Of a DNA stretch of 64,000 bases, positions 40,379 to 50,102 are shown in pieces. Made by a program: the position numbers and the translations under genes. The notes below the pieces were generated by a model. It was not told the DNA's origin. It saw nothing but the letters and a program-made list of their open reading frames with translations, and did no database searches. The first letter of the stretch is position 1. Each line of letters opens with the position of its first letter. The stretch comes from a candidate division FCPU426 bacterium (GTDB taxonomy: Bacteria; Oederibacteriota; Muellerivitia; Muellerivitales; Muellerivitaceae). Location of the stretch: positions 1,248,001 through 1,312,000 of the forward strand of contig CAVRAL010000001.1 of the NCBI GenBank assembly GCA_963719085.1. Direction: 5' to 3'.

Positions 40379-41182
40379 ATGAAAAAACGTCAAGTTTACG
40401 CCTTGTCCGGATGTTTCGTGGGCGCGGGCGCGCCCTTGGGCGCTTTATTGCTTCAATACCTTTTTCAGCATCCCGGCATAGCCCCTATTTCATTCGTCGA
40501 CGCCCAATGGAACTCCCAACCTTTTTTTTACTGGTACATGCTCGTCAGCACTTGCGTGGTCCTCACGGTTTTGGGTTACTATCTCGGCCGCTACGAGGAC
40601 CGGGAACTCACTCATCTTCGTTGGGCCCAATATAGCGCCCAATTGGATCCGGTCACGGGCGTCGTCGGTCCCGTCCAATTCGAGGTTTTAACCCGGTCGG
40701 CTTGGGAAAACTTTCCCGCCCGAGGCTTTTACCTCGCCGGACTGGCGATACAAATCGACGGCCTGGAGGAGATTGATAAAAAGTACGGACACACCTTCGG
40801 CTTAGGCGTCCTGCGGGATGTGGCTTGGCTCCTTCATTTTTCCACCCGCGAAGGGGACCTGGTCACGCGGGAAGAAACCAAGTTTGTCTGCCTCCTCCCC
40901 CGTTGCGACGCCGCAGAAGCCGCCTCCATCGTCCGTCGGCTTCAAGAAAAACTCAGGGACCAAACCTTCCGGTACGAAAACGAAGTGGTCCACCTCACTG
41001 TGAGCGCCGGAATTTCGGTCACCGACTCCCCCTTGACCGGAAACCCGCGGGATCTTTTCAGACAAGCCGGCGAAAATCTGGCGATCGCGGCCAAGGGCGG
41101 TTTCGGCCAAATTCTGTCGAGCGCGATGAACCCGGCTTCCGGATCCATTCCGGGGACCGAGACCGTGGCGGACGCGTCATAA
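40379..41182 (+). CDS. Two-TM degenerate GGDEF protein (intact RxxD I-site)
   Basis: DPVTG, IDG...I..KYGH..G, REGD-LVTR-EETKF in place of GGDEF, TVSAGI. Confidence 0.8.
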   Translation: MKKRQVYALSGCFVGAGAPLGALLLQYLFQHPGIAPISFVDAQWNSQPFFYWYMLVSTCVVLTVLGYYLGRYEDRELTHLRWAQYSAQLDPVTGVVGPVQFEVLTRSAWENFPARGFYLAGLAIQIDGLEEIDKKYGHTFGLGVLRDVAWLLHFSTREGDLVTREETKFVCLLPRCDAAEAASIVRRLQEKLRDQTFRYENEVVHLTVSAGISVTDSPLTGNPRDLFRQAGENLAIAAKGGFGQILSSAMNPASGSIPGTETVADAS

Positions 41183-41199
41183 AATTTCAGGAGGCGGCT

Positions 41200-41433
41200 A
41201 TGTTAAATTTCAATCAATCAAACTCAAAAGACGCCGAATTAGGATCGGCCATCAGCCGCATGATCTCCGGGATGGCGTCGGGCCTGCATGTCAGCGCCGA
41301 GGCCGGCCATGTCACGATTTCCGGAATGGTGGATGACTTCGGGACCAAGCGGGACATCTCGGCCGCCGTCCAGGGCATGGGCGGGGTCAAGACCCTTTCC
41401 AACTGCATCCGGGTCACTCCCATCGGCGATTGA
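41200..41433 (+). CDS. Single BON domain protein
   Basis: AGGAGG RBS, D..L...I, V....G.VTISG.V, GVK.L.N.I.V. Confidence 0.75.
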   Translation: MLNFNQSNSKDAELGSAISRMISGMASGLHVSAEAGHVTISGMVDDFGTKRDISAAVQGMGGVKTLSNCIRVTPIGD

Positions 41434-41451
41434 TTTTTTAGGGCCTTCATT

Positions 41452-42642
41452 TCATTTTCCGGGCGATGAGTCCCGAAGACCCTCGTCGAGGAATTGTTTT
41501 TGGATCTCCCTCACCTTCTCATCGTTGAGGATAAGCGCGTTCACGCAATCCGCGTCCAGTTTGTCCACGGCGAGCTTTTTGAGCGCGGCATAGGCCTCCT
41601 CGTTGCTCCAAGCCCCCTTGTAGGACCGGACGCTGGTCAAGGCGTCAAAAATGTCGGCCACGGCCACGATCCGCGCTTCCAAGGGGATCTCCCCGCCTTT
41701 CAATCCCTTCGGATAACCCTTCCCGTCAAGCGTCTCATGATGGTACTGGGCGATGTTGCGAAGCAGGTCGAGTCCCTCCAGGTGCTCAAGCCCAAAGTTT
41801 TTCGCGATGTCCTCCACCATGGCCAGGCCGCGGGTGGTATGCGACATCATGAGTTCCCGCTCCTCGGGGGTCAGCGATCCCGGTTTTAAGAGCACCCGGT
41901 CGGGGATCCCGATCTTGCCCAGGTCGTGGAGCGGCGCGAACTCGAAGATACGGTCGATCATCCGGTCGTCGATGGAAGCGGCGCCCGAAGCGCCCAAGTG
42001 CGCCGCGATGAGCCGGGAATAGCGCGACATCCGGTCAATATGACCGCCGGTCTCCGGATCGCGGAAGTGGACCATACTGTCGGCGGTCCTTACCGCCGCC
42101 GCCAAAACCCGCACGGCCAGCATTTCGGACGCCACCAAGGCCCCGATGAGATGCCCATAAACATCCAGGAGCGGGAACCGGTCGGGCGTGAAGGCGTCCA
42201 ACCGGAAGGAATTGAAGAACACAAATCCCCAGAAAGAACCATCCTGGAAAATCGGGAGGGTATAACTGGACCGGAAACCGAGGCTCTGGATGGCCTGAGT
42301 GTGGAAATGCGCCCCCGAATGGAAAATCGCCAGGTCATTCACCACGCGGGGACGGCCCACGCTTAATATCTCCCGGAGGGCCGGCGAATCGGCCAGTTTG
42401 GAATCGTAGAAAACCAGGGTGTTCTTCGATTCACTGCTGGCGATGAAAGTTTTGAGCATATCCGTGGGCCGGTCATAACTCGCCACCGCGACCCGGTCCA
42501 CCGCGGAAAAGCCCGCCTTCAGGTGGGCATGAATGGCCTCAAGCTTCCGGCCCAGCGTCGCCGGGGTGTTGAGCAAACTCAAGGGGTCTTCATGGGGAAA
42601 GAGATTAGCCTGAGAGGCCGTGGTTTCAAGGCTCAAGAACAA
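41452..42642 (-). CDS. GAF + HD-GYP phosphodiesterase
   Basis: RDPETGGH..R, PLHDLGKIGIPD, HHE..DG.GYP, ADIFDALTS.R.YK. True start may be TTG 42636. Confidence 0.9.
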   Translation of the reverse strand: MFLSLETTASQANLFPHEDPLSLLNTPATLGRKLEAIHAHLKAGFSAVDRVAVASYDRPTDMLKTFIASSESKNTLVFYDSKLADSPALREILSVGRPRVVNDLAIFHSGAHFHTQAIQSLGFRSSYTLPIFQDGSFWGFVFFNSFRLDAFTPDRFPLLDVYGHLIGALVASEMLAVRVLAAAVRTADSMVHFRDPETGGHIDRMSRYSRLIAAHLGASGAASIDDRMIDRIFEFAPLHDLGKIGIPDRVLLKPGSLTPEERELMMSHTTRGLAMVEDIAKNFGLEHLEGLDLLRNIAQYHHETLDGKGYPKGLKGGEIPLEARIVAVADIFDALTSVRSYKGAWSNEEAYAALKKLAVDKLDADCVNALILNDEKVREIQKQFLDEGLRDSSPGK

Positions 42643-42803
42643 CTCCTTCCGCTTTTTTTACCCGCGCCTCTTTTGCGAATGGTGGCCCAAGCGATCGCCC
42701 AGGCCTTGTTTTTGGGGAGGCCTTTTTTCTCGTAGCCTTCCTCAATATGGGCGGCTTGTCGCCGTTCCTTGATGCTGTAATGGCGTTTGATCTTGGTTTT
42801 CAT
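42633..42803 (-). CDS. Small basic protein of the KxxRQAxHIEEGYE...AWAT family
   Basis: Y..KERRQAAHIEEGYEKKG.....A..IAWAT, AAGGAGG RBS. Confidence 0.75.
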   Translation of the reverse strand: MKTKIKRHYSIKERRQAAHIEEGYEKKGLPKNKAWAIAWATIRKRGAGKKSGRSCS

Positions 42804-42873
42804 GGGCGCCTCCTTCATTCCTATTCGGATCGGTCTTCCTTAAATCCAGCTTACCACTATCGGATTCCGGCAA

Positions 42874-42916
42874 TATGACCCAGCGCATAACACCCACGCG
42901 CGCCCTATCCTATGCT
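42874..42916 (+). promoter_or_regulatory. Crp-family box TATGA-N6-GCATA with -10 TATGCT
   Basis: Box at 42874-42889, hexamer at 42911-42916 (class II spacing), upstream of the SDR. Confidence 0.65.
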
Positions 42917-42955
42917 TAACTCGTCGGTTAAAAACACCCAACAGGAGTGGACCCT

Positions 42956-43747
42956 ATGGATTCCCATCAATTATTTGACATCTCAGGCAAGGCCGCCATC
43001 GTCACCGGCGGGGCTTTAGGCATCGGATTCGGCATCGTGGAACGCTTGGTCAAAGCCGGCGTGGAAGTCTTGGTGGTGGACACGAACGAGCAAGCGCTGG
43101 CGGATGTCCCCAACCGCCTTAAAGAGGGAAAGGTACGCACCCTGGGATTGGATGTTTCGAAGGAGGACGGCTGGGATAAGGCCGTCAAAGCCTGCGTGAG
43201 TGATTTCGGCAAGCTGGACATTCTGGTCAACAACGCCGGTATCTATCCTCAAGTGCCCATGCTGAAAATGGACCCCGCGGTTTTCGACAAGGTCTACGCC
43301 GTTAATCTAAAAGGTTTGGCTTTCCTTTCCAAGGCCGCGGCCCTGCAGATGATCAAGCAAGGCCGCGGAGGCCGCATCATCAACATCGCCTCGATCGACA
43401 GCCTGCATCCTTCCATGGTGGGATTGGCGGCTTACGACTCTTCCAAGGGCGGGGTCTGGAGCTTCACCAAAAACTTCGCGGTGGAAGTGGCTCCCCACGG
43501 CATCCTGGTGAACGCCGTCGCGCCGGGCGGCATCACGACCGAAGGCGCTTCCAAACCTCTGGAAGGCAGCGGCATGACGGACGCCCAAATGAAGGCCCAG
43601 ATGGACGCTTTTATGGTTCGGATTCCGCTCAAACGCATGGGAGTCCCCGATGATATCGCCAAGGTGGTGCTTTTCCTGGCGTCCAGCGCGGCCGACTATA
43701 TGACCGGTTCTTTGGTGGTGGTGGACGGCGGCATGCTGCTCGCCTAA
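42956..43747 (+). CDS. SDR family oxidoreductase
   Basis: TGGALGIG, LVNNAG, S...YDSSK, VNAVAPG, VDGG. Confidence 0.93.
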   Translation: MDSHQLFDISGKAAIVTGGALGIGFGIVERLVKAGVEVLVVDTNEQALADVPNRLKEGKVRTLGLDVSKEDGWDKAVKACVSDFGKLDILVNNAGIYPQVPMLKMDPAVFDKVYAVNLKGLAFLSKAAALQMIKQGRGGRIINIASIDSLHPSMVGLAAYDSSKGGVWSFTKNFAVEVAPHGILVNAVAPGGITTEGASKPLEGSGMTDAQMKAQMDAFMVRIPLKRMGVPDDIAKVVLFLASSAADYMTGSLVVVDGGMLLA

Positions 43748-43771
43748 AGATCGTCCAACAACTCCGGACGG

Positions 43772-44869
43772 CTAACCTTCGGCGCGTTGAAGCAATTCCC
43801 GAAGGATGGTTAAGTCTTCCCGGGCGCGGATCACCAGGATTTTGGTTTTGGAGTTTTTCGCCGAAATTTCCATGTCCGGGACCGCCGCGAGATTCGAGGT
43901 TTCATCCAGTCCAACACCCGCGTATGCCAAGGTGGAAATCAAATCCTGGCGCACCCGGGGCTGGTTTTCCCCGATGCCGCCCGTGAAAACCAAGGTATCC
44001 ATGCCGCCTAAGACCGCCATCATGGCGCCGATGGAGCGCCGGGCCGAAAGGATCAATTGCCCATAGGCCAGGATCGCCGACGACGAACCCTGATCCGCCG
44101 CGGCCATCACTTCCCTCAAATCGCCCGAGATGCCCGATACCCCAAGCAGCCCCGAGCCATGGGAAAGGGTTTCCAAAAGTTCTCGCGGTTTCAACCCGCC
44201 CCGTAGTTGAAGATGGAGCAGCAATCCGGCGTCGATGGAACCCGCCCGGGTGGACATCACCAGTCCTTCCAAAGGCGTGAAACCCATCGAGGTATCAATC
44301 GATCGGCCATTTTTGACCGCGGTAACGGAGGACCCGCTTCCCAAATGGCAGACCACCAAACGTTCCGGAACACGGCCCATCCATTCCGCCGCCCGCGCCG
44401 TCGAATAAGCCACGCTCAGACCGTGAAACCCAAAACGCCGGATCCCCCATTTTTTTATCCATTCGGGGGGCAAAGCGTATCCGGTGGTTTCGGGCAGGTT
44501 GGCGTGGAACGCGGTGTCGAAAGCGGCGAATTGGGGGAGGCCGGGGAACGCGCTCGTGATTTCGTCGATCCCTAAAAGCGCGGAACGCATATGCAGCGGA
44601 TCCAATTCCACCAAAGACTCCAATCGGGCCCGGGATTCCGGGTCGATCCGGATGGTCTTTTGAAACAACGCCCCCCCATGGACGATCCGGTGTCCCACGG
44701 CGTCCACCGGGGGAATTCCCCGCAACACGCCTCGGATGGTTTCTTGATCCTTGGGGTTCGCGCCGGTCAAGTTGCCCTGCCCCTCCAAGAGAACGCTCTC
44801 ATTGCCGGCGTCCAAAAGGGACCACTTCAAACTGCTCGAGCCGCAATTCAAGATGAGGACCTTTTTCAT
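43772..44869 (-). CDS. ackA: Acetate kinase
   Basis: [57 protein letters not shown]. Confidence 0.93.
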   Translation of the reverse strand: MKKVLILNCGSSSLKWSLLDAGNESVLLEGQGNLTGANPKDQETIRGVLRGIPPVDAVGHRIVHGGALFQKTIRIDPESRARLESLVELDPLHMRSALLGIDEITSAFPGLPQFAAFDTAFHANLPETTGYALPPEWIKKWGIRRFGFHGLSVAYSTARAAEWMGRVPERLVVCHLGSGSSVTAVKNGRSIDTSMGFTPLEGLVMSTRAGSIDAGLLLHLQLRGGLKPRELLETLSHGSGLLGVSGISGDLREVMAAADQGSSSAILAYGQLILSARRSIGAMMAVLGGMDTLVFTGGIGENQPRVRQDLISTLAYAGVGLDETSNLAAVPDMEISAKNSKTKILVIRAREDLTILRELLQRAEG

Positions 44870-47217
44870 TCGGCCCATCTCCAATTTTTAATCTCCGGCA
44901 AGTCGTCTCCCCGCTCTTGGATATAGTTTCCGTGCTCAAACAGCTTATCCATCATGATCTGCCGGATATGCGCCGCCCGCGGGGCCAGTTTCGGCACTTG
45001 GCGGGCCGCATCGATGACCAGGTGAAAACGGTCCAAATCATTGCGGACAGCCATGTCAAAAGGAGTCGTGGTGGTGCCCTCTTCTTTATATCCACGCACA
45101 TGTAGATTTGGATGATTGTTCCGGCGGTAGGTCAGCCGGTGGATGAGGAAGGGATATCCGTGGAAAGCGAAAAGGATCGGCTTATCCTTGGTGAATAACG
45201 CGTCAAAATCCTTGTCGTCCAGGCCATGGGGATGCTCGCTGGAAGGTTGGAGCTTCATGAGATCCACCACGTTGACGACCCGGACTTTCAAGTCCGGGGT
45301 TAGGGACCGGAGGATTTTCGCGGCCGCCAGGATTTCCAAAGTGGGCACGTCCCCGCAACAGGCCAGCACCACGTCGGGCTCCCCGCCTTCGTCCGACCCC
45401 GCCCATTCCCAAATCCCGATCCCCAAAGCGCAATGCTCCGCCGCCGCTTTCATGGGAAGCCATTGAGGCGCGGGCTGTTTCCCCGCCACGATCACATTGA
45501 CGTAATTACAGCTTCGGAGGCAATGGTCGGTCACCGAAAGAAGCGTATTGGCGTCCGGAGGCAGATAAACGCGGATCACCTCGGACTTTTTATTGACCAC
45601 ATGGTCGATAAAACCCGGGTCCTGGTGGCTGAATCCGTTATGGTCCTGGCGCCAAACGTGGGACGTCAGCAGATAGTTGAGCGAGGGAATGGGCCTGCGC
45701 CAGGGAAGATGCCGGGTAACCTTCAGCCACTTGGCGTGCTGGTTGAACATCGAGTCAATGATGTGGATGAAAGCCTCATAGCATGAAAAAAATCCATGAC
45801 GGCCCGTCAAAAGATAGCCTTCCAGCCAGCCCTCGCATTGGTGCTCGCTGAGCATTTCCATCACCCGGCCGTCTTGGGCCACGTGATCATCGGTTTTCAG
45901 GATTTGCGCCATCGATTCCCGGTTTGTCACCTCGAAAACGTCGCCCCAGCGGTTGGACGCGGTCTCATCCGGGCTGAAAACCCTGAAGTTGTCGGGGTTC
46001 ATTTTGAGGATGTCCCGGATAAAAGCGCCTTGCACCCGGGTGCCTTCAGCGTCGGCCGCTCCCGGAACTTTCACGTCCACCCCGTAGGCGCGGAAGTCCG
46101 GTAGTTCCAAGGGCTTCATCAACAATCCGCCGTTGGCGTTCGGATTGGCGCTCATCCGTCGGTTTCCCTTTGGAACTAATTCCCTCAACTCTTTTTTCAG
46201 GCAGCCTTTTTCATCGAAGAGTTCCCCGGGCCGATAGCTTTTCATCCAGCTTTCCAAAATTTGAATATGCTCGGGCCGGTCCATCTCGCCCATGGGCACC
46301 TGATGGGCGCGGAAAGTTCCCTCGATTTGAATTCCGTCCACTTGCCGGGGGCCCGTCCAGCCCTTGGGGCTGATCAGGATGATCATCGGCCAACGGGGCC
46401 TCTCCCGGGATTCGCCCGAGCGGGCCTTGCGTTGGATTTCCTTAATTTGGTCGAACACCCGGTCCAACGTTTTTGCCATGTCCCGGTGCATGGAAGCGGG
46501 ATCGGAGCCTTCCACGAAATAAGTCTCATACCCATAACCCAGGAAAAGGTTTTTCAGCTCTTCCCGTGAAATGCGCGCCAAGACCGTGGGACCGGCGATT
46601 TTGTATCCGTTCAAGTGCAGGATGGGCAGCACCGCCCCATCCCAGACGGGGTTTAAAAATTTGTTGGAGTGCCAGCTGGTGGCCATCGGTCCGGTTTCAG
46701 CCTCCCCATCCCCGACCACACAGGCCGCGATGAGGTTGGGATTGTCAAAAACCGCCCCGTAAGCGTGCGAAAGCGCGTAGCCCAATTCCCCGCCTTCGTG
46801 GATGGAACCGGGAGTCTCGGGCGAAACGTGGCTGGGAATTCCCCCGGGGAAAGAAAATTGCTTGAAAAGCCTTTGGAGCCCTTGTTCATCCTGGGTGATC
46901 CGGGGATAAATCTCACTATAGGTCCCTTCCAGGTAAGCGTTGGCCACCGCGGCGGGACCGCCATGCCCCGGCCCCGCGATGTAAATCATGTCGAGGTCCC
47001 TTTCGCCGATGAGCCGGTTGAGATGGGCGAATAGGAAGTTGAGCCCGGGGGTGGTCCCCCAATGGCCCAGGAGGCGGGGCTTAATATGCTCGCGGCTGAG
47101 GGGGATTTTAAGCAGCGGATTGTCGAGCAAATAAATTTGTCCGACCGAGAGATAATTGGCGGCGCGCCAATAAGCGTCTATTTTCGATAGGGTTTCAAGG
47201 TTTATTTCGGCGGCCAT
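44866..47217 (-). CDS. xfp: Phosphoketolase
   Basis: [52 protein letters not shown]. Confidence 0.96.
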   Translation of the reverse strand: MAAEINLETLSKIDAYWRAANYLSVGQIYLLDNPLLKIPLSREHIKPRLLGHWGTTPGLNFLFAHLNRLIGERDLDMIYIAGPGHGGPAAVANAYLEGTYSEIYPRITQDEQGLQRLFKQFSFPGGIPSHVSPETPGSIHEGGELGYALSHAYGAVFDNPNLIAACVVGDGEAETGPMATSWHSNKFLNPVWDGAVLPILHLNGYKIAGPTVLARISREELKNLFLGYGYETYFVEGSDPASMHRDMAKTLDRVFDQIKEIQRKARSGESRERPRWPMIILISPKGWTGPRQVDGIQIEGTFRAHQVPMGEMDRPEHIQILESWMKSYRPGELFDEKGCLKKELRELVPKGNRRMSANPNANGGLLMKPLELPDFRAYGVDVKVPGAADAEGTRVQGAFIRDILKMNPDNFRVFSPDETASNRWGDVFEVTNRESMAQILKTDDHVAQDGRVMEMLSEHQCEGWLEGYLLTGRHGFFSCYEAFIHIIDSMFNQHAKWLKVTRHLPWRRPIPSLNYLLTSHVWRQDHNGFSHQDPGFIDHVVNKKSEVIRVYLPPDANTLLSVTDHCLRSCNYVNVIVAGKQPAPQWLPMKAAAEHCALGIGIWEWAGSDEGGEPDVVLACCGDVPTLEILAAAKILRSLTPDLKVRVVNVVDLMKLQPSSEHPHGLDDKDFDALFTKDKPILFAFHGYPFLIHRLTYRRNNHPNLHVRGYKEEGTTTTPFDMAVRNDLDRFHLVIDAARQVPKLAPRAAHIRQIMMDKLFEHGNYIQERGDDLPEIKNWRWAE

Positions 47218-47257
47218 AAAACAAGCCTCCTGTCCAAAACGATTAACCGGCGCTGCG

Positions 47258-47704
47258 TCAATCAGCCCGCAAATCCAGGTTTCCCAGATCATATAAACAA
47301 TGCGGATCGGGATAGGTCATGGACGAATAGACAATGCCCAGTTCGGCCAATCCTTGGACCGTAAAAATTTTAAATATTTCAGCCGCGCGGTCCGCCCCGG
47401 CGAAAACGGCGATCGGCGCGTCTTTGTTCATCAGAATCAATGTAGGAAATTGATCAACCGCGTGGGCCTTCGCGATAGGAGCATAGCGGGCGCAGTCTAA
47501 AATTCCTACCCGGACAATCTTTTCCCATTTTTCCAGAAAACCCGCCGAATGGATGCTTTGCCGGAAATCCGCCTCATCCAGGGGCATTTCAAAATCCACC
47601 AAGGTGAGCCGGCCGGATTTTTTAATTTCTTCCGCCCAATTTTCATCCGTCAAAATTTCAATCATGTCGAGTCTCCTAAATCCCTCAGCTGGCCTGGTTT
47701 TCAC
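47258..47704 (-). CDS. Degenerate thioredoxin-like protein (no CxxC)
   Basis: LTDENW...LVDF, ..V..FPTLI. Active-site position reads MPLDEAD. Start uncertain. Confidence 0.6.
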   Translation of the reverse strand: MKTRPAEGFRRLDMIEILTDENWAEEIKKSGRLTLVDFEMPLDEADFRQSIHSAGFLEKWEKIVRVGILDCARYAPIAKAHAVDQFPTLILMNKDAPIAVFAGADRAAEIFKIFTVQGLAELGIVYSSMTYPDPHCLYDLGNLDLRAD

Positions 47705-48032
47705 CCGGATCTTGGCGCTCCATCAGCCACTCCTTCATCATTTCGACCCGCCGGGACCCGCCAAAAGCCTTGACCAGATGCCCGGCTTGGAAAAGCGCCA
47801 GGGTCGGAAACTCTTGTATCCGATATTGAAAAACCACCTTCGTAAAGCGGGCCACATCCACGCATCCAATCCTCACCAAATCCAGCCATTCCTCGCGGAG
47901 TTGCACCAAGCTTTGGCTTTGGAAAAGGTCGGGATCGCACCAAGGCGCGCGAAAATCGACCAACACCGGTTCCTCCGCGTCCAAAACCTGCCCGGCCCAA
48001 TTTTCCGCGCCGAACTTTTCTATCGATTCCAC
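47685..48032 (-). CDS. Degenerate thioredoxin (WCDPD)
   Basis: PVLVDF.APWCDPD, VDV, Y.I..FPTL.LF..G. Confidence 0.72.
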   Translation of the reverse strand: MESIEKFGAENWAGQVLDAEEPVLVDFRAPWCDPDLFQSQSLVQLREEWLDLVRIGCVDVARFTKVVFQYRIQEFPTLALFQAGHLVKAFGGSRRVEMMKEWLMERQDPGENQAS

Positions 48033-48202
48033 GAAAGAGCCCCCTCGCCGCTTTTCCCGCCGGCCGGCTTGACCCGCTCGAAATGGGCGATTAAAAACAA
48101 GGGATTGGAAAATCGGATGCGGGGGGCCGCGGATGACGCCATCGCCCTCAACCGCCCCGAGGATAAAACAGGTTGATGTTTTTTATTTTTCACTTGTTCC
48201 AT
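48020..48202 (-). CDS. Small hypothetical protein
   Basis: AAAGGAGG RBS. Fills the gap between the crp-like gene and the thioredoxin-like gene. Confidence 0.45.
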   Translation of the reverse strand: MEQVKNKKHQPVLSSGRLRAMASSAAPRIRFSNPLFLIAHFERVKPAGGKSGEGALSWNR

Positions 48203-48247
48203 CGCCAGCCTCCTTTGATTTCAAGATGTTTCCCGGATGATTTCCGC

Positions 48248-48943
48248 TTAGTTTTCGCCCAGCCGATCCGTCAATTCATCCAAATCCGGAATCGTGATCT
48301 TTCCCCGTTCCGTGGCGACCAGGCCTTCTTCTTCCAGTTTGGAAAAGGTGCGGATGGAAGTTTCCACGGTCGTCCCCACCATCTCGGCGATTTCACGGCG
48401 GGTTAAGGGAATGGTCGGGCCGAACTCCCCGGTCAAATCCACCAAAACCCGTAGGATCCGCTTCTCAACGCTTTCCTGCTCAAACACCTGGGCTTCCATC
48501 GAATGGCGCAGGCGACCGGACAATTGAATCGCCAATTTTGAGGCCAAAGCCTGGTTTTTCGAAAGGATCGAAAGAAAATCATCCATCGGACAAGACACCA
48601 CGGTGACATCGCTTTCCGCGAGCGCCTGGCACACATAATGACCCTTCCCCAAAGAACAACAGGAACCGAACATTTTCCCGGGCCCCACCAGACAGAGCGT
48701 CTGGCACCGGCCGCTGGCCGCGTGGGTTTGGGTTTTTACATGGCCCGACTTGACGAACCAAACAAATTCGGCCGGATCGCCTTCCAAAAGGATTGATTCG
48801 TGCTTGGCGAATTTTTTCTCCACCAAACACCGGCCCAATTCAGCCAGATGGGTCGGCGGAAGACCCTCAAAAATATCCATGGAGGCCAAAAAACTTTTCG
48901 GCATGGTTGGGCGGACCGCTTGGTTCTTTTCGATCGTCTTCAT
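48248..48943 (-). CDS. Crp/Fnr family regulator, Cys-rich
   Basis: cNMP-type domain (EGDP...V.SG.VK, PG.MFG), HTH LTR.EIAEMVGTTVETSIR.FS, seven Cys. Confidence 0.9.
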   Translation of the reverse strand: MKTIEKNQAVRPTMPKSFLASMDIFEGLPPTHLAELGRCLVEKKFAKHESILLEGDPAEFVWFVKSGHVKTQTHAASGRCQTLCLVGPGKMFGSCCSLGKGHYVCQALAESDVTVVSCPMDDFLSILSKNQALASKLAIQLSGRLRHSMEAQVFEQESVEKRILRVLVDLTGEFGPTIPLTRREIAEMVGTTVETSIRTFSKLEEEGLVATERGKITIPDLDELTDRLGEN

Positions 48944-48963
48944 TTTCTTCCCCCTTGGGACCT

Positions 48964-49398
48964 TCATAAAAGTGTTTGGGGGGACTTCCCGTCCCCCCGC
49001 AAATATTGCGAAATCAATAGCGGCAAAAAAACAGTGTCGATCGGTTTGGTGAAATAACCGTTGCAGCCGGCTTCCTGAGCCCGCGTTTCCTGGCCCTTTA
49101 AATCGTAGGAGGTCACGATCAGGATGATGATGTCGCGGGTTTTGGGATCGGCCTTCAGTTGGCGGGTCAGCTCAATGCCGTCTTCCCCCGGCATCTGCAA
49201 ATCCATAAGAATGAGTTCCGGTTGAAAGCCCTCGAGCCTTCTCAAGGCCTCGTCCGAACTCTGGGCGGTTTCCACTTGATAACCTTCCAGTTCCAACAAA
49301 AGACGGGCCAATTTCAAATTCATGGGGTTGTCATCCACGATCAAAATCGGCTCCTGCCCGCTCTTTTTGAAATCTTCCGAAACAACCATGGTTGTCAC
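48964..49398 (-). CDS. Single-domain response regulator (DivK-like)
   Basis: ILIVDDN..NL.L, LILMDLQMPG.DG, AGC.GY.TKPID. Confidence 0.9.
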   Translation of the reverse strand: MTTMVVSEDFKKSGQEPILIVDDNPMNLKLARLLLELEGYQVETAQSSDEALRRLEGFQPELILMDLQMPGEDGIELTRQLKADPKTRDIIILIVTSYDLKGQETRAQEAGCNGYFTKPIDTVFLPLLISQYLRGDGKSPQTLL

Positions 49399-49414
49399 CT
49401 CTTGGCTTCATTAA

Positions 49415-49430
49415 GGCAATGGTTGTGCCA
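49415..49430 (-). promoter_or_regulatory. Sigma54 -24/-12 promoter
   Basis: TGGCACAACCATTGCC on the minus strand (GG-N10-GC). Confidence 0.8.
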
Positions 49431-49489
49431 GTCAAAAGCGGTGTAAAACGGGCCTTTATTTGAGTCGGGGCGGGGGGAAACAACCCCGG

Positions 49490-49507
49490 TATGGCGCCCA
49501 CGCCATA
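49490..49507. promoter_or_regulatory. Putative enhancer (UAS) TATGGCGCCCACGCCATA
   Basis: Palindromic, about 61 nt upstream of the sigma54 GG. Near copy at 56869. Confidence 0.6.
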
Positions 49508-49562
49508 GCGGACCCGCCAGGGGCGCATCGACCGGCAACCGCTTCGGCGCCCTTTGCGCCTT

Positions 49563-49605
49563 TATGACCGCGGTCATAGGGGCAAAAGCGCCCGGGCGTT
49601 AAATT
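49563..49605 (+). promoter_or_regulatory. Crp-family box TATGACCGCGGTCATA with -10 TAAATT
   Basis: Perfect palindrome at 49563-49578, hexamer at 49600-49605. Confidence 0.7.
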
Positions 49606-49634
49606 GAAATCATGGAAGGGACAGGAGAGACATC

Positions 49635-49847
49635 ATGCGAAACCAAAAAACCATCATCGAGGAATACTTCACCCAACGATTAAAACTAAGACGGGAACGC
49701 CTGGCCCACCATTTGACGGCGCCGTTGGAGCTCAATTTCTATTTTCAATCCACGCCGATCCCGGACAAGTGCCCCAAGATCGACGATACCCCAGCGGACG
49801 AAAGGAGCCATTCATGGACGCCCAAATCGAAAAACCCGGGTGGGTGA
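49635..49847 (+). CDS. Small hypothetical protein
   Basis: AGGAG RBS. First ORF after the class II promoter. Confidence 0.45.
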   Translation: MRNQKTIIEEYFTQRLKLRRERLAHHLTAPLELNFYFQSTPIPDKCPKIDDTPADERSHSWTPKSKNPGG

Positions 49848-50086
49848 AAAACCTCACCCCGGAGTCCGAATTATTCGTTGATATGAACCGCTTCCTGCGT
49901 TACGGATTGGAATCCTTGCCCGAAGTGGAAAATCTTTTGAAAGAACTTCGGCCCTGCCAGGTCCTGCACCTTTGCGCCTTGAAAGAACCTACCATATTGG
50001 ATGACATGTTGCGGTTGAGGGGCTATGAGAGTTTCGCCGAATATAAGGATAAGAGTTGGCATCTCTATTTCAAAAAATGTCTCTAA
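49814..50086 (+). CDS. DUF2249-like protein
   Basis: AAAGGAG RBS, VD......G.E.L..V...L..L.P...L.L....EP..L...L...GY...W..YF. Confidence 0.65.
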   Translation: MDAQIEKPGWVKNLTPESELFVDMNRFLRYGLESLPEVENLLKELRPCQVLHLCALKEPTILDDMLRLRGYESFAEYKDKSWHLYFKKCL

Positions 50087-50102
50087 AGCACGGAGGCCGC
50101 CA

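Noticed and set aside
40825..41199. 202-aa N-terminally extended BON ORF (similar extensions at 27647-27853, 49604-49813, 10775-11047)
   Set aside because: The extensions overlap neighbouring genes, and downstream ATGs have better RBS and domain boundaries.
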